From Trichosphaerium sp. ATCC 40318 (lineage: Eukaryota; Protista; Tubulinea): 64,000 nt of DNA. Below, piece after piece: positions 50,037 to 61,744 of the stretch. The notes beneath the pieces were generated by a model, which did no database searches, was not told the DNA's origin, and saw nothing but the letters and a program-made list of their open reading frames with translations. Location: contig JALMLS010000299.1 in assembly GCA_038496445.1 (NCBI GenBank), forward strand, positions 186,001 to 250,000, in the 5' to 3' direction. Each line of letters opens with the position of its first letter. Position 1 is the first letter of the stretch. Made by a program: the position numbers and the translations under genes.

Positions 50037-51825
50037 ATGGATAAAGATAACACGCCAGAAGACACTACCAAAGATGGCTATGACGTGAAGGACATTCTCA
50101 CTTGGCCTGCTTGGCGCGTTGTGCATCCTACAGAGAGAAACAGCAACAAGTTTTTCTTAAAAATGCTCATGGTACGTTAGAAAATACCATAGTGACGCTA
50201 AGGGTAGCAGGAAATATTTTCAAGCGCTGCTAAAGTGTATACGCCAATTTACGCTATATCCACCTATTTCTCGAACGGTAGGAAGATAGACGTTAAATAC
50301 GCCAAAGAAGTTATAATTGCCACATTGCGTAGTAGTTCCATGATAAGTAAGCAGCTACACAAATACTCGCTACACCTTCTCACGCTAGATAGCTGTCAAT
50401 ACCGTTTGTTTTGGTTGGTTGACATGTAAACTGTTAGAATACGTCAAAGAGCACAGACCAATATATTACTTGTCTTGTGCGCTTGCCTCGTCTTATAGTG
50501 GGATCATGATCGAGAAACAATCAAGGTATGACACACTGTATTGATGTTTTATTTTTTTTTTGTGATATTTTGTAACTCTTTTTGACAGGAGAGGCGCCCT
50601 GGTATGTGCTACGGATGGGATTCACTGTTGCTAACACCTATAGGCGTCGTACGTGGGTAATATTACACTCGAGACAATTTGGCGGATGGCATGTTGGTAT
50701 CGCGTTTCTAAAATATCTAACTACTTTTAGGCTCGTGCCAGGGAACTTGTTGCACCTTTTACGTAAGCTATTACCATTGTTCTACCTGTAAAACCGTTTT
50801 GACTACTCACGTTTATTCAGAGGTGGCCTAACATTATTGTTTGCATCTGCAATGTCAATATTGTACTACTTGTTTACTCAAGAACCACAATACGCCAAAC
50901 CAATCTCTTGTGCGCGCGAATTTAAAATCAATCAACCTTTCCTACTCACTATCACTTGTTAGTTGTTTTGCGTATTTTAGTAGGTGAAGAGGGTAAACAA
51001 TCTGCGCTTGAGCGTACAATAGGAGGTTTGTTGTTTGGCGCTACATACACCAATCACTGGACAAAAGTACACTAAAATAAGTGCATTGTAGCGTTTATAA
51101 CGATTTCGGCATAGTATCACGTGCTTGTTGGCTTTATTCGCAACTTTGCTTTTGGCGTTCTAATAAAGCTCCTCGTTGTAGTAATTGGCTACATTCTAAA
51201 GAGGCGCAGCGCTAAACCAGACGAACCAATAAAGTACAGTGCCCTCAGTGCCTTATTTTTCTCTTATATTTCTACTTAGATCTTTCACCCAGCAATTAAA
51301 GGAATCTGCTGGAGAGACTTTCAAGATTGGTTTGTTCCTTGCAACACTAATCGGTGCCAATCGTCTCACTGCTGTCGTAATGCGGTCTATAGATGGCGGA
51401 AAACGACCTTCCCATGCTCTTGTAGCGGGTTTCATATCGGGTATGTTATCTTATTTCGTAACATCAGGAATTTATTGTATACAGGATTATCAATGGCAAT
51501 ATGGCAGAGTACTTCGATTGCTACGTACTTTACAGCGAAGGCTATTGAATCTGTCTTTAGTCTAGCTGTTGGAAAGGGCTTGGTATGTTTTTTATGTGTT
51601 TGTAAGTGTTTAACTTGTATACAGATTTCGTCACCTGCAAATATTGGTGCACTCGTTTGGGCAGCTTGTGTATCACTTAATCTGTATGGAATGACTTTTG
51701 AGCCACATACAGTTAGAGGCAGTTTCAAAAATTTCGTGCATAGAGCAACTGGTAATAGAGTAAAGCATTTGGAAGAACTATCAGTTCATCTTCGTAAAGT
51801 CAATAACATTCCAGAAGTACAATAA
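50037..51825 (+). CDS. TMEM135: TMEM135-family multi-pass membrane protein
   Basis: VVHP; AKVYTPIY; IEKQSRRGALASYV; LLFASAMSILYY; ALVAGFISG; TFEPHTVRGSF. Confidence 0.72.
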
Positions 51826-51896
51826 AAACGTTTTATAGATTTCTTTATCTTACACCAAATACAATAACTCTTTTTCTTTCTTCAGGACAATGCCAA

Positions 51897-54800
51897 CTAT
51901 TTTTTACACTTTGAGAGTATGAGTCCTAAAAGCTTACTTCTGGCTTGGCTTAGCAAACCAGCAACAAAAGGAGCATGAATAGATGCTCGCTCTGCATTTA
52001 CCACTAAATAGCATGAACAAACAACAATTACACATCTTATCCGTACACTTTGAAAAGAGCCAATCGTGGAACAACTCTCCTTTGCTAAACACTGGCGGAT
52101 TAGGAACTGCAGGTCCAAACGGTGGCACTCCCTAAACATTAGTTCAGCTGTAGTTATATGTCGCGACGTGTATGTACCTCCTTAATAGCCAATTCTACCA
52201 TATATTTACCACGTTGTAGCGGTTTAACAACAATGAAGTTGTCTCGATTCATTAAGGTCCAACGATTTGTATCAAACAGAAAAAAAAGAAAAAGAGGATA
52301 CGCAAGAACTGCCCTGAAAAAGTAGGAGGTTTGAATTTCCCGTCTCCTTCCATAAACACAATGCATGTCAAGTTATTACAAATATGTTTCTTCTTTAGAA
52401 TTATACTCCTCGCGGCTGAACTAGCAGTCTACACAATTGTCAAACTCTTCCAAAATTTATGCAACTTTGATACGCACCTCATTCACTTCCTTTAGAGGAA
52501 TATATGTTGAGACATGGAACATAAACTCGAACTCACACCATCTTTGTACTATTGAATGCGTACCATCCGATTTATTAGCTAAGTTTAATTAGGATTGATG
52601 AACAAGATGGGCATTACCTGTGGTATCAAGTCCACCGGAAAAGCCTTGAAATCCCTCTAATTTTACTTTTCGGCCAAGAAAACTCAGAAACTCATCAAAA
52701 GCAGAGCTTCCTTTTGTGTTTTCGAATATTTCATCTTCAGCTGTTTGGTTTTTTGCAACGTAAATGACACCAATCTTATGACGTATTACTTTTGAATACT
52801 TGTTCTTTTGACACCTCTCATAGTCGAGTAGTTCCGACATTATACATGGGTGCTACATAAAACGTTAGGTATTAACTGACAGGTCTAGTCTTCTTACTTT
52901 TGTAGAAACCAGTGTTGCGTTGCTAAATAAGGCGTGCTCAGTAATCATCTTTGCTATCTTCTTAATTGTTGGCAGTTTCTTGGTGCGGTCTACTTTAAGA
53001 TGGAAAGTTTTATCTCCAGTCCGCACTCTAATGATACCCAACACCCGCTGCCCAGAAATACACGCGGATATTATTATTGGCTAAACAGTTAGTAAACACG
53101 CTAGATAGTGGACACGCACTTCGTCTGGATGTCCTGGAACAGGGATAGTGCCCAGTAAATTGCAGTGTTCATTTTCTACGAACTGCATACCAGAGCCATC
53201 GTCGGTGCTCTCTGAGCGGTGTTACATAAAAAACAGAATACAATTCTCATACCAGTCAACCCTTTGGAAACTTTAAAGAAATTATCTTTGTAGTGAAACG
53301 TCGTTAGCTCAGGGTCTTGAATAAACAGTTGACGGCGAGGAGATTGTCCTGAAAGTGGATCTACGGACTGCCCAAGCTCGACAATATAGCCGGGAGCATC
53401 CTAGGTATGTCAACAACGAGAGTACATCAACTACTACCAAACCTTTACAATGTCCACATCTGTGGGTATTTCGTTTGTCTAAATGTATAAATACAATCAA
53501 CTTTCTGTGCAACGTGCGTACGCTTTCTATCTCACCAATGTTTCCCCAAAGATCTTCAAACTTAAGGAGAGCCAGTGAGCTCTTGAACGGTACTTTAATA
53601 CGCTTAAATGCATTACTACGCCTTCGTATCTACCAAACCAATTAGACACAATAAAGCAGTATCTAACTAACAATTGGTGGGGTGTCCTCATCGCGAATTT
53701 GCAGTCCAAAAGCTGCTGCGGCATCATACTTTCGCTTTGTGGTAGTACGAGAACTCTGGATAAGTTTAGATAATTTATATGTGAAATTGCAAACTACTAC
53801 CTTTGGTATTCTGTGTATCCTGCTAACTGACTTTGGCATTTGAATATGCACTTTCATATCTATGCGACTATCATCTATTTCCTTGCTGGTCCGTAGTGTG
53901 TTGTGTTTGCGCCGCATTTTTTTCTGCTTGGGTCTACTTGTCTCCATGACAGTTATTTTAGTTGGTCTTTCTTTCTTAGGTCTCTTTTTCTTTTCTTTGT
54001 GTTTTCCTTTCAACTCTGTTGCGTGGTTAGCCGGAATCTTCCATAAATAAAATCAGAGGTACTTTTGAAAAAATCTACTATGTGATCGCGTTTACACATT
54101 TGCCCTTCTTCCATTGGTGTACCAAAAGGTCCCTTACGACGAATTACTGACATGATGCTACTATGCTACATACCACAGTGTCTACTTCTGCTCCAAAACT
54201 GATGAGTACTTGTACAGACTGGAGATTGCCTTTCCGAGCTGCAAGATGTAGCGCTATCTATTATTAACACTTATCCTCATCCAACTGTACTTACCAGTCT
54301 CTTTCAAACTGTTCGTTGCATCGACAGTAGCACCGTTTGTGAGTAAAAATAGCAAATTTCCTGGGCCAGACTGTTGGATCAGTTAGTATCAACACTACAA
54401 TTAGCAAACTACCTTCAAGGCTGCGTTGTGTAAGCAAGTTTGTCCATGCTCGTTGCAAGAATTTACATCAACAGTTCCCAATTGAAGCATGATATGAGCA
54501 ATAAATAGAACTCTACATTTTAGCTAAGTTTGGCTACGATTTCTTTTGTAGTGTCGTACGAGTCGCTACATTTACATTGCATCAGGTAGTGTAATGGAGT
54601 AGATCCGGATGCATTCTTTGCATGTCATTAGTGCAAATATATAAACAATACTATCGTACCTTTGCCCCAGGATCCGCCCCTGCGTGGATAAGCTTTTCTG
54701 CGATATCAGCGTGCCCTGCAGCTGCTGCACAGTGCAGTGGTGTCCACCCGTTTTTGTCTTTTGACTTGGGTTCGTTTAGTATACGTTTTACAAGCTAAAA

Positions 54801-55193
54801 GTACCGTAATAGAGGCTACTTTTTGCAATAAAACCGTGCAAACATCTGTTGAGCCCTAGATTGGTTAAATAATTTTATTGAGGAATATGATTTACCTCAT
54901 ACGCGGCTACGTGCAACGCAGTTTGCCCTTGACAAGGTTAGCTGACCAGTATTGTTGTAAAAAAGGAATATGCCGTTGATGACACCATACACCTCGATAG
55001 AGCACGTACCAAACTCGTCTACCTCATTCACAAAGCAAGAACCGTACGCGATCAGTTGTTCAACATTTTTACTATCACCGAGCTTTGCTGCATGATGAAG
55101 TGGATAGCGAGCATTCATATATGAACTTGTTTCAATTGGCTTTGTGCTGATTGGTTGTGACGCTAACTTTGGTGTACTCCTAGAGTTCTTCAT
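51897..55193 (-). CDS. Ankyrin-repeat Rap/Ran-GAP; start uncertain
   Basis: Several ankyrin repeats (PLHHAAK, GWTPLHCAA); RapGAP HKIGVIYV..FDEFLSFLG..FSGGLD..FMFHVST..KRIICNN..FLHNFIVV..NAERA. Confidence 0.9.
52243..52301 (-). other. U12-type GT-AG intron
   Basis: Donor GTATCCTCT; ACCTTAAT followed by GAATCGAG. Removal restores GQFLHNFIVV. Confidence 0.8.
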
Positions 55194-55459
55194 ATTAGCT
55201 AGTACATCTATTTGCAAGTGTATATAGTGGCGTCACTACGTGACTAAGTTTAAGGTGTGCACTTTAAGTTGCTCAGTAAAAAAGCAGAATCTATCTGTTT
55301 TAAATCAGTTACTCATTCCATTTGAAGAGCTTCCACATGGCGCTGCACGAAATTAGGGTAAAGAATTAGCAGTTAGCGTGCAATTTCAAAGTGGCTAGAT
55401 CCATTTTGCAAATGTATTTACAATGTATTGTTCTTACAAAGCTACAAATATTACTCCAT

Positions 55460-58400
55460 TTATTTTGAGTCTTTCTTTTCTTTCACATCTGTCATTGTAG
55501 CATCTTCCTCATCGGAACTTTCAACAAGTAGCGCCACCAGGGGTTTTGAAGCTAAAAATAAAAGTCACAATCTAATGCCATTAAAGCGCAGTACGTTTTT
55601 CAACAGGTGTTTGAGGTTTTATAGGTTGTCGTGGCTTGGGGTATTGAGTGTACCTACGTAAAGGTTAACAAAATATTATTTGTAGTGCGTACTGCACTGA
55701 AGGGTACATCTGAGGAGTATATCCAGCCATGTTTATTGTCTGAGGTTGAGTAAAAGGCATAGGTGCTCCGACGTGCTGATTGATAGTCTGCAATAGTTGC
55801 TTTTTTTTATTACACTCTTGTTGAAGCCGTTGTAGGTTACTTGTCAAAGCTTGCATAGAAATAGGTGCTCTATAATATTGGCGCGGTGCCACCATACCTG
55901 GATTACCTCGCGCTGCGAAATATTGGCCTGGATTGTACCCGTATGTTGGCGCAGGAGGTATCATAGATGGCATTGGCATATTGGGGAGTCGTGGCTGGGA
56001 GTCCTTATTGCCAAAGTATAAGTCTACAATAAAGAGTTATGCTATTTAGTTTGATGTAGTAACACTCACTGTGCATGCGATGCGCCAACGCAGTTGCCTG
56101 ATTAGGTTTTTGATCACCGTCAGGTGTATTGAGACCAAATCTGTCAATCTTGAGAGGTTTTGCAGCTTGTGGCCGCGTTTTCTTAGGGAGAACATTCTTA
56201 GACTTTAACATATAATTTGAAGGGATAATTTTAGCTTTCTTTCTCAGTGGTGCAACCTTTATAGTTTCGATGTCCATTTCAATTCTAGGACACGGGTTAA
56301 GTACAAGTCGTTTAAATAAGCTTACATGTAATCATCAGGTTGATCCTCTTCGTCATCATGTATGTACTCTTCTTCATCTTCGTCACCCTCAGCAAACCCT
56401 CTCTCTCGGTAGTTTACAGCTTTTCGTTTGCGTTTCCCTATACAACCGTAAGCATGGACTTCACATTTCGGAAGTAATAAAAAAAACACTGAAATAAACC
56501 AGCAATTACCACGCCCTCGCTCGTCTTCAACTTTTTTGTGTCTTGACTGTATACGATGCTTCAATAGTTTATCCCAATACTCTTCAACCTTTTGTTCAGC
56601 TTTTTTAGAGCCTTTGAGCATCGTATCATTGTCCCACAACTTGGCCACCGTAAAGTTACCAACCAGATCTCCTAAAGCGTCCTTTTCCTCTAAAACTTTG
56701 GCCTCTTTCTTTTCTTTTTGGTCTCTGTCCAACAGTTGATCAATTTGTGCTTCATCCTATGTTTACCAATAAGCCGTTTTTCTTGGCAAAACAATCTAGT
56801 AAGTCGTACATAGTTGTATTCATCGTCATCTGTCTCTGCAAACAAATGAGCTGTTCCGTAGCTTATCAGTTTATTAATTTCTCCTTGATTGAGAGCCTTT
56901 CCCATCTTTTTGACAACAATTTCCTCAAGCACCAACTTGTTCTTGGCACGATCGATGATTGCTTCCTCAACAGAATTGCGGCATACAAATTGATAGATCA
57001 TTACTTTGTTTCGTTGCCCAATGCGATGGGCTCTGCTTAAAGCCTGAATATCATTGTGGGGGTTGAAATCAGAGTCATACAAAATGACAGTATCTGATAA
57101 CAGAAGTTAGTATGCTATTTGATTGATGGTGAGTGCACCTGCTGACGCTAGATTTAATCCAACACCACCTGCTCTAAATAAATTGTGAGATCACGACTAT
57201 CACAAGCATCAACGTACTTGGTACTAAGCAAAAAAATAAAGTACTTGTCAGTCTGAGTATTAAATTTTTCAATTTCTCGCTCTCGATCTTGGCCTGTTAC
57301 TGCACCATCTAATCTACAATAATGCCATCCATAATGCTTGATAGTATTTTTTAGTTCTTTAGTCACTACAATTGAAAACATACGTTAAGATAATCCTCTA
57401 AAATATCAAGAAGCTTCGTCATGTGTGAGAATAATAGAACTCTGTGCCCTTGCTTATCTAGCTTCCGCAACATTTTGTCCAAAATAAATAATTTACCACA
57501 CGATTCAACCATCATTCTAAAGTTGCTTGTAAGAATTTTGTAGCTCGAGTTAGTTTTTTTGTTAGTACTTCATTTCTTTGTCCTCATCCTCGATATCCGG
57601 TTCGACGTTGGGGATGAGATATGGATGATTGCATAGCTTCTGTAGTTGCGCTAAGATGTTCGTCATGCGCACCTTTGTCCCGTGTACCTATTACATAATA
57701 AGCGGAATTGAGGGCTTTGTGGAAAATTGTACCCTTGCTAAATACTCATAGTTTCGTTCTATAATGTTCTTGTACAAATCTTTTTGAAACTTGGTTAACG
57801 AAATTGGAACAATCAATGACACCTAAATGGAATTTAATAAATAAGAGTTTTAGGATAGCTTTTTTTTTACCTTAGCAGGGATCAGTTGTGCAACGACATC
57901 CTTCTTGAGCCTTCTGAGCATATGTGGGCTTAAAAGTTCGTGCAATTGTTTGACCTTTGAAGGAAATGAGCTACAAGAGTTCATTGAGTAGAACTTTACC
58001 TGATCTTTTTGATGCAAGTCTGAAAATCGCTCAAGAAGTTTATCGGGTTTGTGACTCTGATCAATAAAATACAACATATTAAACAACTCAGTAAGATTGT
58101 TTTGAAGAGGAGTTCCTGTGAGCAATACTCTGTGCTTTGTTCGCCAGGTAATCAACCGCTTAAATAGTTTAGAACGATCACTCTTGAGCCTGTGTCCTTC
58201 GTCTACTATGAGAGCCTATTTTTTATATTACATAAGAAACTCGTGATGCAATAACAAAGTTCGTACCTCCCAATTGAACTTCTTTAATATAATGGAATCG
58301 CGAAGAGCAATCTCATAAGACGTTAATAGCACTTCAAATTTACATTGCTTGTCCTTTGAGAAAAACTCCTTCTGCCTTATCAATTGTCGTGATTCATGAC

Positions 58401-60268
58401 CGCCCTTATAACACACCACATTCAGCTTGGGCGCCCACTTTGCAAATTCATTGTCCCAGTTAGTAATAGTAGACAAAGGCGCAATCACAATAAATGGTTC
58501 GCGTGTACTCTCCTGCATTCTCAAGGACACGATAAACGCTATAGACTGTATTGTTTTACCGAGACCCATCTCATCTTAAAGAGAACAAATGAGTATTTGC
58601 ATCAATTTGTAGAAACAAAAAAAAAGTGTACCTGCTAAAATACCGTTGGTCCCCTTATGCCACGAATAGCGTAACCAATTAACACCATCCAATTGAAATT
58701 TGTACAAATTTAGGCCATTGTCAAAATATTTGGGTGTTTCAGTCCATTCTTCGAAGTTACCTAAACACATATGTTTGTAAAGTGCAATTTAATAAATGTA
58801 GGAATTACTGGCATCTTTCTTTGGTTCTTTCATTGTTTTCTTCACTTCTTGCCACACTTCGAACCGCTCAACACGCTCTTTGTATGCCTATAGTTGATGC
58901 AATTGATATCAGTGCTGAATACAATGGAAAAGCTACCTTCAATTGTACAGGAAACCTCCGTTTGATAACCTTTGAATCTTCCCATGTACTATCCAAAAAT
59001 TCTAACCCACACCAACTTACAAAGTATTGCTTTAAAGTCTTAGCAACACGTCTTGCAATTAGTTAGCTCACTAAAAAGATATACGAGAGCGTATACCTTT
59101 CTGCCACTACACGGTGCACTCTTTCATTCTGTGCACGCTTCATGTCTAGGTTCTTATCTGGACCTTTGCGTTTAAAATTTTTCCATTTTATGTGCGCCAA
59201 TCTCTTCACGTGACGTTCTTTAACCCACTCATTGTGTATGTGAGAAAAACCCTTCCATTTGATACAATATTCTCGGTGGTTCTATAGTACCGCGGTCACT
59301 AAAAATCCATGTCCTATCGTACGTACATCCTCGTCAAGTCTACTTTCTAGTATTACATCTATCTGTTTGTCATCGTGCTCAAATTCTTCGTCACTATCGC
59401 TCTCACTCTCGCTTTTTCTCTCCTAACCACATTTTTGGATAAATACATACCATAAGTGAGCTACCTGGTTATCTTCTCGTTTTTTTCGTATCCTGCAATA
59501 AGAAGAATTAATTAACGAGCTTTAATTTTTAAATAGTGGCTCTCTGACAAATAAAACTAACGCACGATGCTTGCTTCTTCTCAAAAGCAGCTATGGCGCC
59601 ATCATCAATGTTCTCAGCAGGCTCCCACGTGTTGTGATCGCTACCATAGCCTTCCCACGAGATCAAGTAATGAGCGTTGCCCTGAGGTTCCTTTAACGCG
59701 GTGCCAGAATCAAAGGAAATAGAGCGGTTGAGACTTACACTAATTACTCGCTTGCTGAGTATCTCCTTGACAACATAGCGGTCCTCTTCGGATTCGTCCA
59801 TATCCATGTCTTGCATCTCGGCAAGAAGCTCATTTTGGCGTTTATTTAACCACTTTATTGCTATCCTACGCGCACGTGAGCGAATTCGTTAAAGTTGATT
59901 TTTAAATGAAATTATGGGGTTATTTTTTCTTTGTACAGCGCTGCTTTTTTCAAGCTGGTGTTTCTTCCAGCTTTACTCAGCTTTTTGAGTCTTCGTTGCG
60001 TTTGATTTTGTATTTGGTGCTCTTCTATCCACTGACTGCGTAATATATTAGTATCGCTTCAACGATGGTCTCATCTTACACATCACCCTTGCCAAAGAAA
60101 AACAGGGCGTGGTGTTGCGGTTCTGCGTTGGAATTTGCGTATTTTGTGCATTCTTGCTCACTGGCAGCCTATTTACGTAAACGAGGGTATAAATAATGCA
60201 CTACAAACCCTAGCAGGCCACATTGACCCATCGCTGCGTTTTGCTAGCACCACTTTATTGCTAAACAT
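55460..60268 (-). CDS. CHD-family SNF2 chromatin remodeller with PWWP-like N-terminus and three chromodomains
   Basis: [14 protein letters not shown]; DEGHRLK; LTGTPLQNN; [22 protein letters not shown]; RKRKAVNY; chromodomains at about 59580-59780, 59180-59370 and 58960-59130. Confidence 0.9.
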
Positions 60269-60569
60269 GCTCAAAATTGATTGGACATTGTTCTTGATAG
60301 ATTAGTTTATTTTTTACCGCGCTTGGTATTTCCTGTTGATCGCTTAAGTGCTTTCACCTTAAGCGACTTGATAATGTTGACACGTGTTTAGTATTTTGAG
60401 CTCACAAGGACCCAAAATTTAATTCTCATAACGCGAGGCGTGCTTTTACAACAAAGATAACGGGAGGTAGTGACTAGAGTATACTGGAGCAAAGCTTTTA
60501 TACTGCAATGTGTCAAAATCATTTGCACAAGTGTCAAAATAATTATGTTTTTGAAAGCAATTTTTTTTT

Positions 60570-61637
60570 TTACTTAGAATCAGCAAGCCTTGCCTTTGAC
60601 TCGGCCTCGTATTTCATTCTGGTCCATTTGTCACCTGTTGGTGCAAAAGTAGTTGGCTCCTTGTCTTCCGTTCGTTTTCTGGTGCGTCTTCGCTTTTTCT
60701 TTTTACGTTGTACATCTGCATTGTCCTCGTCATCTGCAGCCTCTTCTCGTTCGCGTTTTCGAGCCTCTCTTTGCTCTTGTCTATGAAAAGCTTTGAGGGC
60801 CTTAGCCTCACGCTCTATCTGTTTTTGTGCCCTCTTCACCAAATTAGATTTTTTTTCTGCAGCATACTCTTCGTGGTAAATATTTTGTTTTTCGCTTTCT
60901 GTCATAGCATTAGAACGTGCTAATCTCTGCAGTAATTATGAGTAAGCATAATATGTCCTTATTTTTGGCTTATACCTTTTCGATTTGCTTTTTTTGAAAG
61001 ACGCTTGGTCTGGATAGATTAACACACCGAAAGTCTAGAAATATTATAGGCACGTGAGCTATTGTACCAAGCTCACGGCGTAATCCCTGGTCTTGAGCAC
61101 ATACAATGAAGTGTGGATGCTGTACTAAGTCTACACAACAACGGTGGCTGTTAAAGTCTACAATGTAAATGAGGTTGCAGCCAAAAAAAAGCAAAATAAA
61201 AACGAAGAAAACTTGGTAAAAACAAAATGGTGGGTCCTTGTACCTATTTTCTGTGAGCACGAACAAGAGTACTGTCGAGCATGCTTTTTAAGCTTTCTAA
61301 CGCATTCGCTTTCGTCTTTTTTTAGTTTGTTAGTAACAGCGTAAATAGTAAAATAGCGAACCTTTCTTAATTAACTCTCTTAGGGTACAAGGAGAATAAA
61401 ACAGTGTAAAATCTTCTGTACGCAATAAAGTCGTGATTAAATGCTTGAAATCAAACTTCCCACACACATGACGTATAAATGATGCATCGACTGCTCATAA
61501 TTCGTGAATAAATGAAAAATAAACGTTTGTAAAAGCAATCTACGCTTACCCAGTAAATTATAAGGCGGCTTGATGTCGTAATGCATACCAAACCAACGTA
61601 GGGTTTGGCGTACTGCCTTATTTCTCTTTTTTCCCAT
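60570..61637 (-). CDS. UTP23: rRNA-processing PIN-domain protein UTP23
   Basis: MGKKRNK..KPPYNLLVDASF; FIVCAQDQGLRRELGTIAHVPIIF; basic C-terminus. Confidence 0.8.
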
Positions 61638-61744
61638 AGTTGTTGTTTGTTTTGCGTTGTTCAGAAAAAAAAAACTCAAGGCATTTGCACAGCTTAAGCC
61701 ACTTTTCATTGTCTTGTACATTGTATTCAGTTGTTTTTCCACCC

